Shown: piece after piece, positions 12,056 to 25,221 of the stretch
Layout of the letters: each line of letters opens with the position of its first letter
How positions within the stretch are numbered: position 1 is the first letter of the stretch
Assembly: GCF_006345805.1 (NCBI RefSeq)
Contig: NC_043013.1
Span: 19,964,001-20,028,000 of the forward strand
Length of the DNA: 64,000 nucleotides
Origin: Octopus sinensis
Lineage: Eukaryota
Reading direction: 5' to 3'
The notes under the pieces: model-generated
Seen by the model: the letters and a program-made list of their open reading frames with translations, nothing else
Database searches by the model: none
Told to the model about the DNA's origin: nothing
Program-made: the position numbers and the translations under genes

Positions 12056-12431
12056 CTATCGCTTTCATATTACAATGACATGAACGTTAACACTTTTATT
12101 CAACATTGTCGCTTTTCGACCTGAAGATATTTTACATCGATCAAAATCTCAGGTAAGTACTTGGGAACATTTACGGTACCATAAAGGACCATGCAGAAGC
12201 CATTAAAGCGAACGTTATACTAACCTTACAACCTGAGAATTCTCATGTTTCATTGTAATGTCTTTGTTATTTTTCTATCTGTTGCTGCTTTTCCAAATTT
12301 TGAATAGGGTCTTTTAATACCGAAATAACAGTTTTTATCTTTATAACAATATATTAAAGAAGATAAGTGAGAAATTCTATAAAAATACGAACTCCTCCGC
12401 TTTCATCTGAACTTTTGCATTCACACACACA

Positions 12432-12468
<37 letters not shown>

Positions 12469-12693
12469 ACACTCGCACACACACGCAATAGAAACAAAAT
12501 TCTTGTGCCAAGTCAAAATATATATGTGAAAAATGTATAAATTTCGTATATGTGTACCGGTATGTGTATGTATATGTCCGTAGATTTGTTTATATGTAGG
12601 CATTTCTGTATAATTTTATTTATATGTCTCGCTGTCTGTCTGTACATATGTCAGATTCTATAAATGTATGTATACATTTATGTATACAAGAAC

Positions 12694-12746
<53 letters not shown>

Positions 12747-13439
12747 TCGCCTTGTCATACGTAAGTCTGTGTCTTTCTTTTGTATCTATGTAACTATGTA
12801 TTTATGCATGTGTCTATACAGCTGCGAGCTTCTGTATGTATGTGTGTACGATGTGTGTATGTTGGAAGGCATGTGCGTGTGTGTATGCGGGTTGGGGGAA
12901 CTCTCAGACCTACAGAGCAAATGAATAATAACATAATCTCATATCTTAGATTCTTCTTTTCCTCGAAGTGGTTTTGTCTTCGGAAAGCAAAGATCAGTCG
13001 AAAGAATACCAGAATATCATATTAAAAATCGATCACCATGGAATATTCGCAGACCAGACTGAACTAAATTAAAACACACAAGTGTAAAATTATTTGTTTA
13101 CCAAGTTATAAATCAAAACCGTATTTTGGAAACTTGTGGAACGCTACACAAATCTGCAAAGATAGAATCAAATAATTCCTGTCTCTCTCGCTCATCTTTT
13201 CTGTCTGTGCCCCTTCTCTTCCTCCCTCTCTCTCTCTCTCTCTCCCTCTCCCTCTCTCTCGTAATTCCGATTAAATTCCTCTCATAAATTTTGAAATAAT
13301 CAAAACATATCAACACGGAAGACAATGTAAAGGCCTGTATCTTGGACACACAAAATGGTGGATCTTTAACTGGAGACATACAAACCTGAGGATAGTAGTT
13401 TGGTGTTTGCGTTCCGGACGGTGGTAATGAATGATGGTG

Positions 13440-13650
13440 ATGAAGATGGTAATGATGATGATGATGATGATGATGAGGAGGAGGAGGAGGGGGAGGAGGA
13501 GGAGATGGATGTAAAAAACTAAGAGGGGGTAGGGGAGAGAGAAAGAGAAAACTGTTAGTGGTAGCTGTCATGATGATGGTGATATTGATGATGATGATGG
13601 TATTAGTGGTGATGATGATGATGATGACAACGACGACGACGACGACGACA
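13440..13650. repeat. (GAT)n/(GGA)n/(GAC)n trinucleotide tracts
   Basis: Direct inspection. Confidence 0.9.
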
Positions 13651-13848
13651 GTGAGATAGACGTTTCCTGATGCATAATTATTGATTCAACCACGTACTCA
13701 AAACCGTGTTATTACTTTATAGCGTACGCCTGCATCTATTGACGTTCATGTTATAAATTCACGACTACGTGCGCGTGTTTTAGATCATACTTTCAAGTAT
13801 TGAGACCCTTCAAACAAATATATATTCACGTTGATGCTTAGATATAAC

Positions 13849-14184
13849 GAAGGTGCGTGGCTCAGTGGTTAGAGCGTCAGGCTCACACTCATGAGGCAGT
13901 GAGTTCGATTCCCGCATCGGACAGTGTGTTGTGTTGTTGGGCAAGACACTTTATTTCACGTTGCTCCAATTCACTCAGCTGTGGAAATGAGTTGCGACGT
14001 CAATGGTGCCAAACTATAACAGTCTTTGCCTTTCCCTTGGACAACATCGGTGGCGTGGAGAGGGGAGGCTGATATGCATGGGTGACTGCTGGTCTTCCAT
14101 AAACAACCATGCCTGGACTTGTGTCTCGGAGGGTAACTTTCTACGTACCATCCCATGATCATACATAACCGAAGATTTTTACCC
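13849..14184 (+). mobile_element. tRNA-derived SINE, family C
   Basis: gaaggtgcgtggctcagtggttagagcg..gagttcgattccc (A and B boxes); homologous to 27449-27776. Confidence 0.85.
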
Positions 14185-14199
14185 TACAAATGTTACGCC

Positions 14200-15030
14200 A
14201 AAATACACACATACTACGGCAAATTTCCGTGTAAAGATTTAATTTCATATATTATACCTTTTTACTCTTGCACTTGTTTAGGTTATTAGACTGCGGCAAT
14301 ACTGGCGTACCACCTTCGAGAATGTTTTACTCGAACTAATCGTCCCCATTGTTTATTCTTCTAAGCCTGATATTTCACATATCTGTCCCTTTTAACGAAC
14401 CGTTACGTCACAGGCATGTAAACGCAGACACAAAGATACACACACACACACACGTGTGCGCGTGTGTTTCAGAATAAGTGTACAGACCAATACATACGAA
14501 AGGATTCTTTCAGTTTCCGCCAACCAAATCCACTCACAAAGCTTTGGTCGACTGGAAGCTATAGTAGGAGATGCTGACCAAGTTGCCGCGCAGTGGGACT
14601 GAATCTAGAACCATGTGTTCGGGATGCAAACTTCTTACCACAAAAGGATTTATATATAAATGCAGGCGTGTCTGTGTGATTAAATCTCGCTCTGTAACCA
14701 CATGGTTTCAGGTTCAATCCCACTGCAGGACAAGTGTCTCATACTATAGTCGCGGGCCAAGGAATGGCTTCTGAGTTGATTTGATGGACGAAAGCTGTGT
14801 GGAATTCCGTTATATTCATAGGTATATATGTTTGCGTTTATATATGCCCTTGTGCTTATGTTTGTCTCCACCAACCGCCTCACAATCGGTATTGAATTTT
14901 TCGCGTCCCTGTAACTTAGTTGTTCGTCAAAAGGTACCAGTATAATAAGTATTAGCCTTAAGAATAAGTACTGAGGTTAATATGTTCGACTCAATGCTTC
15001 AAGGCCATGCTCCAGCATGCATACATCATA
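14200..15030. mobile_element. Two diverged SINE B copies head-to-head (14200-14660 minus; 14662-15030 plus)
   Basis: Degenerate family B head and central motifs in opposite orientations. Confidence 0.65.
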
Positions 15031-15649
15031 CTGGATGGAAGACGACTCGATAATTTACAATGGCTTTCCATTAAGTTACAAACCTCTAGGGCTGGCTCTC
15101 AATGCGACTTGCCTCATGGAGCGATTACCAACGTGGATACTCCAGAGTAACAGATCACTGGACTGCCGTAAATATACCACTGCATTTGACGTTCGTAATG
15201 AGAAATATCTTACTCAAAAATTGATAGAAACGAAAGAAAGTGACACAGAAGACATTTCGTTGTAGTTACACAATTGGTACCCTTTTCCTCTGATGCGGTG
15301 AGCGTGTCCTAAACTTACGAAACTTTAAGTAATATGAAGCTAGCTCAAACGGTTATTAAATATATGTGCATGCATGTATGTACATATGTGTGCGTACGTG
15401 TATATGTGTGTTTATTGTATAATTGAAGCGCTACTAATAGCACTTAGAGTCTCTATGAAGTGGACTGAAGTCGTAAAAATGAGAGAATAGATGTTTATTT
15501 ATAAGTTTAATAGTAAACGACTAACTGCATAATCAGATTGTCAATAATCATTAAATTTACACAGACTCATACACACACACACAGACACACACATACTTTC
15601 GCGCAGGAGCGCATATGAAGTTGCATACGTAAGTACGCACAAGCTGATA

Positions 15650-15684
15650 GACAGAAAGAGAGATAAATAGATAGACAGATAGAC

Positions 15685-15747
<63 letters not shown>

Positions 15748-15778
15748 CAGAAGATAGATAGATAAATAGATAGATGGC

Positions 15779-15841
<63 letters not shown>

Positions 15842-16011
15842 GTATGTACAAGTATAATTACTTTTGAAATGCTGTATTCAGAAGACACACACAGACACCT
15901 ACACACACACCCCTAATTTTCTGATTTCGTGCAGTAAAATATAATTCAGTTTTCCACTCAAGTAATAGTTTTATTGGCAAATTTATATTATAATTATCTA
16001 TCTCCCTCATT

Positions 16012-16102
<91 letters not shown>

Positions 16103-16201
16103 GTATGTGATCTTCTTCTAGCATATGGTATCCACCTAGTGGTGTAGCCCTAAATACACACACACACGCACACACACACACACACACACATACACACACA
16201 C

Positions 16202-16262
<61 letters not shown>
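15650..16262. repeat. (GATA)n followed by compound (TA)(GA)(CA)(TA) microsatellites
   Basis: Direct inspection. Confidence 0.95.
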
Positions 16263-16265
<3 letters not shown>

Positions 16266-17200
16266 TAACTGAGGTACCCGGTAATGCCCGGGAGCGGGGA
16301 TATTCCTAGTACTCATTACAATGCTCCGATTTCTCTCAGACGAAAACTGAAATCAAGACATAGGACAGATCATCGAAGGCGTAAGCAAATTCGTTCACGA
16401 AACAATAATGCAAATAAATATGAGTGGAATCGGAAAATGAGAATCGTTTGGTCAGATGAGTGGAAAGCTGCAAATATATAATCAATGGAAACAAGAAGAA
16501 GACAATTGTAAAGGAGTGCTATGAAAAAAAGAAGAACATAAATGCTTGTAAAGTAAACAAAAGTTATTTAGAGAAAGACACTTAATTTGACAACTATGTT
16601 TCATTGATATAGTTCCACTGATCGTGAGAATCAAATATCGATTGCAACGGTTAGAACCGACAATTCTAAATGCAACTGTCAATACATGTTACATGTTTTA
16701 GCATACAACGTTGTAACGTTTAGAATCGATAATTTTAAGCGCAGGTGTTAATAAAATACATATTATAGAAAACCTGAATGCTAAAATAATTGATGAACAA
16801 CAATAATTGACCACACAACAATTAATCAAAAATCATCTTACGCTTTGCTTGAGTGGCCTAGGTAAAAATTCATGTGCCTTAGCAAATTCTTGGCGCATAT
16901 TCCATTTTTGGATGAAATTTGAAGAAAATCGGTTGAAAATTTTAAAAGTTATGGCAGAAAATAACATTCATATGATAATTTGCATTGAGACCAATTGATT
17001 TTTTTTTTTAAATAAACGCTGTTTAAAAATTACCAATTTATTTTGAAATTCTGAATGCGTAAGTGACCGCAGGAGCATAAGCCCCAAACACGTGTCAAGT
17101 TACGTCAAGATCGGTTGGATAGTCTCGGAGGAGTTAAAGTAACAATTTCCCAAACACACAGCCACAAACAGACAGAAATTGCCATTTATAAATAATATGT
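16263..17200 (+). mobile_element. Non-autonomous Helitron-like element
   Basis: 5' actaactgaggtacccggtaatgcccggg after (TA)n, and 3' caagttacgtcaagatcggttggatagtctcggaggagtt..acagacagaaattgccatttata. These resemble the terminal signatures of invertebrate non-autonomous Helitrons. Confidence 0.45.
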
Positions 17201-17332
17201 GATCTGATATCTTGGAAATCCGCCGGCATAATGGTTTCCCTTCATCGCAGAATTAATAGTCAAGACTATTTAAGCATTTTACCTAATCAAATTCATTCTC
17301 CGAGACTATATATACATATTTCTACTCTACAT

Positions 17333-17363
<31 letters not shown>

Positions 17364-17464
17364 GTTCACAGATAAGATCCAGAGATTCTCCGTATAGAAG
17401 ACACTTAGTAGTATTCAAAAGATTCAGCCTTAGACTCCGGTATCTTTACAGGGTATCATTCCAC

Positions 17465-17875
17465 AAGGCGAGCTGGCAGAAACGTTAGCACGCCGGGCGA
17501 AATGCTAAGCGGTATTTCGTCTGCCGCTACGTTCTGAGTTCAAATTCCGCCGTGGTCGACTTTGCCTTTCATCCTTTCGGGGTCGATAAATTAAGTACCA
17601 TTTACACACTGGGGTCGATATAATCGACTTAATCCGTCTGTCTGTCTTTGTTTGTCCTCTCTGTGTTTAACCCCTTACGCGTAGTAAAGAAATAGGTATT
17701 TCGCCTGCCGCTACGTTGTGAGTTCAAATTCCGCTGAAGTCGACTTTGCCTTTCATCCTTTCGGGGTTTAATTAAATAAGTACCAATTACGCACTGGGTC
17801 GTGCAATCGACTTAGTCCCTTTGTCTGTCCTTGTTTGTCCCCTTTATGTTTACCTCCTTGTGGGCAATAAAGAAT
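17465..17875 (+). mobile_element. SINE family A with duplicated body/tail
   Basis: Head at 17465; a second body+tail starts near 17695. Confidence 0.9.
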
Positions 17876-18399
17876 TAAATAATGTTGATAGGTTTAGTTC
17901 ATCAAAATATGTGGCAATATGAATGTAATTAAAATCTGAAGTGTAAAATCTCATCTACCCTGATGACAGAGTTTCGTCTTATCCAATGTTGATTGCACCC
18001 ATACAGGCCATGTATTGTAATGGACTAAATTTACCAACGTTGTTAAGTATCGCCGACCCCCCAGAAACATCTGTTGGACTTGTAACGCCTTCCTTCCACC
18101 CCTTAATTCTCTCTGTCATTTGTACTCTGTGTGTAAATTGAACTTATTAATATAAATACCTATATATTTATACTTAAAAATTTATCATCTGAAAGTCTCC
18201 ACTCTCTTTCGCCTTGCATGTATATATTTATACATATCTTGCAATTTCATATCCAAACTAATATATTTATATATTTAATATATTTGATGTAGCTAATTTG
18301 TTTATCCGCATAAACATTGCGTCTCTCTCTCACACACACACTCACACACTCCCCTCTCTTTCTCTCTCTCTCTCTTTCTATCTATATATCTAATATATC

Positions 18400-18465
18400 T
18401 ATATATATATATGTAGTATATATATATATATAATATATATATATAATATATATATTAATATATAT

Positions 18466-18502
<37 letters not shown>

Positions 18503-18582
18503 GAGATAGATAGATAGATAGATAGATACATAGATAGATAGATAGATACATGGATCATAGATAGATAGATAGATAAATAGAG

Positions 18583-18628
<46 letters not shown>

Positions 18629-18637
18629 GTAGGTAGG

Positions 18638-18693
<56 letters not shown>

Positions 18694-18711
18694 GATATAG
18701 ATAGATATGTT
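18400..18711. repeat. (TA)n plus (GATA)n array at the 3' end of the Tx1 element
   Basis: Direct inspection. Confidence 0.95.
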
Positions 18712-18865
18712 TCTTTATTAGCCACACAGGGCTGCACACAGATAGAACAAATTACAAGGTAGAGCTTTTCTTTTGAAGGTATTAAAAAAAAAAAAAAAAA
18801 AAAAGAAGGGGGAGGTTCGATCAAAAGGGATCGTAAAAGGAGAGAAAGAGGACAAAAATAAGGGG

Positions 18866-18904
<39 letters not shown>

Positions 18905-21550
18905 GGGAGAGGAAAAAAATGATCAATAGGGATCGTTATCACAGAAATGTCAATATGAAGTGTAAAGGGGAGGACAGGTGAGGTTTACCCGTGGAACGAA
19001 AAGCCTGCGGAAAAGACCACGGTAACCTCGGTCAATGAAGTCACATTTTATATTTCTTTTTTTCTTTTTTTTTTTTTGCAAATAAGCACTCTCTGTTTTC
19101 GATTTCTGGGTTCATAGGACTATGCTCAAGGTGGCTTCGTCATTCATACGTGCCATTCTTGCTACATTCACCCATCTTTTTTTAAAACATTCGCTAGACA
19201 AAACTTGCCTCTCTATCTCTCACTTTCCTTTTCAAGTGGTACTTGAAGAAGTTGATGAGAGATTGACCAGAGAGGAAAGTGTTTGTCTCCAATCCTTTCA
19301 GCGTCCACCAATACATTCTTTCGCCATAGCCACAAGGATGATGAAAATAGCTCTTCCTTCCCGTTTGAAGGAAGGAGGCGTGACAATATTGACGATATAG
19401 ACTCAGCTGATAACCGACTCGTCCCACACGTGACAGCAGTTGTTCGACATAAGCCCACAGGTCGAAATTGTTGGACACTGAACGAGTGCGTGCAGAACGG
19501 TTTCGTCGCTCTGACCGCATCTCGGGCAGGTCGGCCCCCGTGTTTCTCGAGCCGTGTCTGTAGAGCTTATCCCGAACTGGTAGCGCTTCTCGGTAGCACT
19601 GCCAGGCCAGGGATCTCTGGAAGTTGTCCATGGGCCCTGGCCCGAAAGTCGTCCCGAACAGGCGGGTCAGGTACTCCTCGTCGACGTCCAGGTTCGCCCC
19701 GAGCTTCGTCGTACGTACCTCCCCTCCACTAAGCCCCTATAGAATGCTTTGGTTGTGTTGAAGTCACTTAAGGTCGACCCAGGACGGCAGAGTTGCTTGA
19801 GAGCAACGCGACACTCGCGGTGCCATTCGCCCTACCTCGGCCTCTTTTTGATCCCGACTGCAGTTCGGTCATGGAGACGAGCTGCGGGAAAGCGTGCCTC
19901 ACAAACGGCGACCACACCTGTTCACCGTCGTCTACATAGAGCCAGAGATGTCGCAGTCTCAGCGCGTGTCTGCGCATCATCAACCACGGCATGCCCAGCC
20001 CTCCTTTTAACGGGTGTTGACAGCAAATGGATCGCCTGACCATCGGGACGCATCCTTTCCACAAGAAGCGAAAGAGGATGCGTTGTAGTTTGGTGATGGT
20101 AGGTCGGGACAAGGTACGACGGTCAGGCGGTAGTAGATGACGGACGCGATGTACGTGTTCGCCACCTCCGCTCGACCTTTTAGGGACAGTTTCCTCTCGG
20201 CCCATTGCCGGCGAGAGTGACCACCCTACTCGTTATCTCGTTCCAGTTCTTCTCCACTTGGAGGTCCGGACCAAACCAGACCCGAGCAACTCAACCGGGC
20301 CGTCGGTCCAGCGTCCCACGACGGAGGCGCTGGTGGACGGCATGGGCTTGCTTCTCCAGGTGCCTAGTCGCAAGCCCACTGACTTTTCCCGGTTGATTTT
20401 CGCTCCTGTCACCGCTTCGTAGTTTTTTCAGTGTCTCGCCGACCAGCTCGATGTGCTCGTGGCTAGACACTATGACGGTGACGTCGTCCGCGTATGCAGA
20501 CACGCTCGTCCCGCATCCCAATTCTCGCGGGATGCCCCTTAGAGTCGCCAGCTTCCGCAGTAGTGGCTCAAGAGTCAATACGTATAGAAGCGCCGAGAGG
20601 GGGCATCCCTGACGGACCGAACGTGCAATGTCGAAAGGTCTCGATAGATGTCCATTCGCGAATTACCGAACGGATGCCTCTGTACAAGGCAGCTATCCAG
20701 CCGCGGAAGACGGGACCGAAACCAGCCGCTCTCAGGACTGCCTCCAATATCGATGGTCTACCCTATCAAAGGCTTTTGATTGATCCAAGTTGATCAGGGC
20801 CCCACCCATGCCAGGTTCGTTAACTACCCTGTCTATGATGTAGCGCATCAGATGGAGGTTGTCATGGATGGTCCGGCCTGGCACGGCGCATGTTTGCGCC
20901 TTGTCGACCAGTTTCTCGATGACAAGCGCCAACCTCTTGGCTAGCACCTTGGCCAAAATTTTCAAGTCTGCATTAAGCAGAGTGATGGGCCTAAAGTTAT
21001 CTATTACATTTCCCTTGTTTAGATCTTTCTTCAGCAGTGTTACGGCTCCTCGGCTCACAAAACCAGGAATGCTCCCGTTTTGCTGCCAGTTGCAGTACAC
21101 CGCCGCCAAGAGATCTCCAAACAAGTCTGGCATACAATTGTAAAGCTCGTAGGGTAGACCATCCAACCCGGTGATTTGTCCCTCGAGCATTCTGCCATCG
21201 CTTCCGCACTTCCGCCGCCGTGATGGCACCTTCGCAGCACCCTGCCTTTCTTGTCGAGAGTCGTGGTAGGCTATGTAGGTAGGCACTGAAGTCCACCCTA
21301 CGTTCTTGCCCTCCACTCGTTCCGAACAGTCGGGAAAAATGCTGCTGAAAGGCCTCACACATTTTACTTGGCTCGAGCAATTCGCGCCCCTGTTCATCTA
21401 CCAGTGACCGAATGGTGGCTTTGTTGCCCTGTTGCGCCTCTGCCACCCGGGCCTCTCTCGCGGCTCCAACACCTTCGTTCCTTAGAGCACGCATCCTAGC
21501 TCTGACAGCACATCCTTCGTGTTTGGCGTTGAAGTGTTGGTCGAGGGCCA
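18712..21550 (-). mobile_element. 5'-truncated L1-clade (Tx1-like) non-LTR retrotransposon: RT, C-terminal CCHC and 3' UTR
   Basis: Motifs SPGLDGLPYELY, FRPITLLNADLKILAK, QTCAVPGRTIHDN, DQSKAFDRVDH, SVRQGCPLS, AYADDVTV, PLKGGLGMP and CPRCGQSDETVLHALVQC. ORF2 stops near 19112; the 3' UTR ends aataaagaaa and runs into (TATC)n. Confidence 0.92.
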
Positions 21551-22176
21551 GATAGATAGATAGATAGATAGATGGATAGATAGAATGAACAGGTGAATAA
21601 TTTGTATCAATTTAGAGTAGGGAATTTATTAGTTCTACTTAATTGTAGAGTTATTACAATAGAATTATTGGATCTGAGTACTTGAATGTATCATAAGCAG
21701 AAAGGAATAATATGTGCAGATAGTCGATAGCAGGGCATATGGTCTACTTCTCAGCGAACGAGCAATATTATAGCGGAGGAAGAATTGAGGAAGATCTTTA
21801 GTAGAGGATAATAGTAGATACCAGTACCACGGTCGAACAAAGAGTTGGCATATGTTTCTGTTCCTGTTTTTTTTTGTATACATCCACTGGTAAACCGGTG
21901 TTACGGGCTCGAAGGGTTAAGATATCAGTGCAGATCCAGAATCGGTTCTTCTACTATTTGTTTGATTTTGTTTCTCTCTATGAGACTTCGGTTGTATTTA
22001 CATCTGGTGACAGCAGCATTCCACAAGGTATTGAAATCAAAAATATGCTGTGTTACTGAATGATTCTCTTATGACGCCATCAAATAGTATTCCAGTTATA
22101 TTGCTAAAAACCGTGCAAAAACCATCCGATGAAATCAATACACGAACTGTTTAAAAAGTCGCCAGATACCGCCAAT

Positions 22177-23886
22177 TTCCCGAGGAATTTCTAGCTTCCG
22201 GGCAGATTCGACGAAAGCTTCCTGGGAATTTCCGAGGATTTTCTAGCTTCCGGGAAGTTTCGTAGAAATTTTCATGGGAAGTTCCTAGGATTTTCTAGAT
22301 TCCGGGAGATTTCCACGAAAACTTCATGCGTAGTACCGGGGATTCTCTAGCTTCCGAGAAGTTTCGTCGAAAACTTCATGGGAAGTTCCAAGGATTTTCT
22401 GAATTCCGGGAAGTTTCGTCGAATACCTCATGGGAAGTCCCAAGGATTTTCTGACTTCCATGAACTTTTGTTGAAAACTTCATGGGAAGCTACATGGATT
22501 TTCTAGCTTCAGGGAAGTTTCGTCGAGAACTTCACGGGAAATTCCGAGGATTTTCTGAAATCCGGGAAATTTCGTCAAAAAATTCTTGGGAAGTTCCCGG
22601 GATTTTCTAGCTTCAGGGAAGTTTCGTCGAAAACTTCATGGGAAGTTACGAGGATTTTCTGACTTCCGGGAAATTTCGTCGAAACTTCAGGGGGGAATTC
22701 CGACGATTTCCTCAACACAGGAAAGTTTCGTCGAAAACTTCATGGGAAGTTCCGAGGATTTTCTTACTTCATGGAAGTTTCGTCGAAAATTCATGGGAAG
22801 TTCCGGAGATTTTCTAGCTTCAGATTTTCTAACATCGACAGTTACGAGGATTTTCTGACTTCCGGAAAATTTCGTCGAAAACTTCAGAGGGGATTCCGAG
22901 GATTTCCTCATTACACGAAAGTTTCGTCGAAAATTTCATGGGAAGTTCCGAGGATTTTCTTCATGGAAGTTTCATCGCAAACTTCATGGCAAGTTCCGAG
23001 GATCTTCTAACTTCCGGAAAGTTTCATCAGAAACTTCATGGGAGAATCCAAGGATTTTCTGACTTCCGGGAAGTTTCACCGAAAACTTCATGGGAAGATC
23101 CGAGGATTTTCTGAATTCCGGGAAGTTTTGTCGAAAACTTCATGGGAAGTTCCGCGGATTTTCTAGCTTCAGGGAAATTTCGTCGAAAACTTCTGGGCGG
23201 AGATCCGAGGATTTCCTCATTATAGGAAAGTTTCTTCGAAAATTTCATGTGAAGTCCCAAGGATTTTCTGACTTCCATGAACTTATGTTGAAAACTTCAT
23301 GGGAAGTTCCGAGGATTTTCTGACTTCATGGAAGTTTCGTCGAAATCTTCATGGCAAGTTCCGAGGATTTTCTGATTTCCGGGAAGTTTCACCGAAAACT
23401 TCATGTGAGGATCCGAAGATTTTCTGAATTCCGGGATATTTCGTCAAAAAATTCATGGGAAGTTCCGGGGATTTTCTAGCTTCAGGGAAGTTTCATCGAA
23501 AACTTTATGCGAAGTTACGATGATTTTCTGACTTCCGGGAAATTTCGTCGAAACTTCAGGGGGAATTCCGACGATTTCCTCAACACAGGAAAGTTTCGTC
23601 GAAAACATCATGGGAAGTTCCGAGGATTTCCTTCATGGAAGTTTCATCGCAAACTTCGTGGAAATTTCCGAGGATTTTCAAACTTCCGGGAAGTTTCGTC
23701 GAAAACTTCATGGGAAGTTCCGAAGAATTTCTAAATTCCGGGAAGTTTGCAGGAATTTCTGAATTCCTGAAAGTTTCGTCGAAAACTTCATGGGAAGTTC
23801 CGAGGATTTTCTTACTTCTTGGAAGTTTTGTCGAAAAATTCATGGGAAGTTCCGGGGATTTTCGAGCTTCAGGGAAGTTTCATCGG
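22177..23886. repeat. 52-bp satellite, ~33 diverged units, internally palindromic
   Basis: Consensus ttccgggaagtttcgtcgaaaacttcatgggaagttccgaggattttctagc; period confirmed (e.g. ttctag at 22241 and 22293). Confidence 0.95.
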
Positions 23887-25221
23887 AGGCTTAATACTTT
23901 TAGCTTAAATCCCTGGTGCCCGCCGGATTCGAGTAGTTTCGGAGATGAGGTGCGAAACCAAAAGGACTCCGATTGATGAGAAATTCGGTTGTGAATGATC
24001 CGTGTATCTTGTTTTTGTCCTGCTTTCCGTTTGTCATGATATCGTCTATTTTCCCGCATGCTGTGTTTTGTCGGTTTCCGTTTCTTGTGTTCTTTTTCTC
24101 TTAAAGATTTCAAAATTCTTAAAATGTAAATGTTTTACAAGTATCGGGCTGACAAGTGCGAAGCTTCTTAAACGCCGAAGGGCGGTTTTTTTTAAATCAT
24201 AGTAGGAAGCCTGCCATTTTCATCCAAGATGTAGGTTCGTGTCTCACGAGCAATCTTGTACTTTTCTCTCAATCCTCAGGTGTTTTAACCCAATATTCTA
24301 GAGGCTATCATTTACAAATTTATCTAATGTAGCGAGGTAGCGGACTCGTTAGCAAGCAAGGCGAGATGCTTACGGACAGTTCTTCCGGATCTCTTCTGAC
24401 TTCAAACTCTGCCCTGGTCAAGCTTGGCTTTCATCTTTTCGGGTTCGATGAAATAAGTACCAAGTTGAGCAGCAGGGTCAATGTATTGGATTTCTCCTTC
24501 CCTCAAAAGTTTTAACGAGCAAAAATAATTTACATCAATGTGTATACACACACAGACATATATATATATATATATATATATAACACAAAGTAAGTTAGAG
24601 GTCATGGGTGTAACCCACTAAGGGATAGTATTTATCCAATATACTGTTGGTAAAGTACCCAGATTCTTAATACATAAATGTTTTTAATTGCAATGCAATT
24701 AACTTATTGCATTAAACGGAATAGAAATAACTAATTTTAACCATAGGCTGAAACAGCTGTAAGAAGTGATTTTAATGATTTCAATAATTTACTATGATTT
24801 TTATAATTAGTATTCTTATCTTATATGTATTGAATTATAAGATATATATGTATGCTATTAATGTTCTCATTTTGTTAAATTAATAAATAATTCAGCATTC
24901 TAATATCTGAAAGTTGATGAACAAACTAAATTTATTTTTCCATTTTCTTATTTGTATTATACATACATATATATATATAAGCCGCTTTGGACAAGTGTCT
25001 TTTACTATAGCTTCAGGCCGACCAAACAGGAATTCAACTCTAAGCTTTGTGAGTGGATTTGGTAGACATTCCAATAAAAATTCTTCAAGGTGGTGCCCTA
25101 GCATGGCCGCAGTCTAATGACCGAAACAAGTAAATGAGAAAAGATACATCCCATATTCATATAATGGTTAACAACGATAACAATAAGAATGTTGGTTTGT
25201 GTATGTATAAGAAATTCTTAC

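Noticed and set aside
12115-12160. CTGAAGA motif with nearby pairing (also CTGANGA hits at ~8812, 17960, 24275, 25290, 30715 and 44904)
   Set aside because: No compatible GAAA, stem III, UH and stem I arrangement could be built.
12948-13065. Possible plus-strand terminal exon (SSFPRSGFVFGKQRSVERIPEYHIKNRSPWNIRRPD*) and donor CAG|gtaagt at ~12151
   Set aside because: Short, with no recognisable homology and no consistent exon chain.
13849-13925. tRNA gene (also at 27449, 55099 and 61830)
   Set aside because: These are tRNA-derived SINE heads that continue into SINE bodies; I could not form a complete cloverleaf.
22586-23976. ORFs on both strands across the 52-bp array; CRISPR-like appearance
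   Set aside because: The units are contiguous with no unique spacers, there are no cas genes, and the context is eukaryotic; the ORFs are satellite artefacts.
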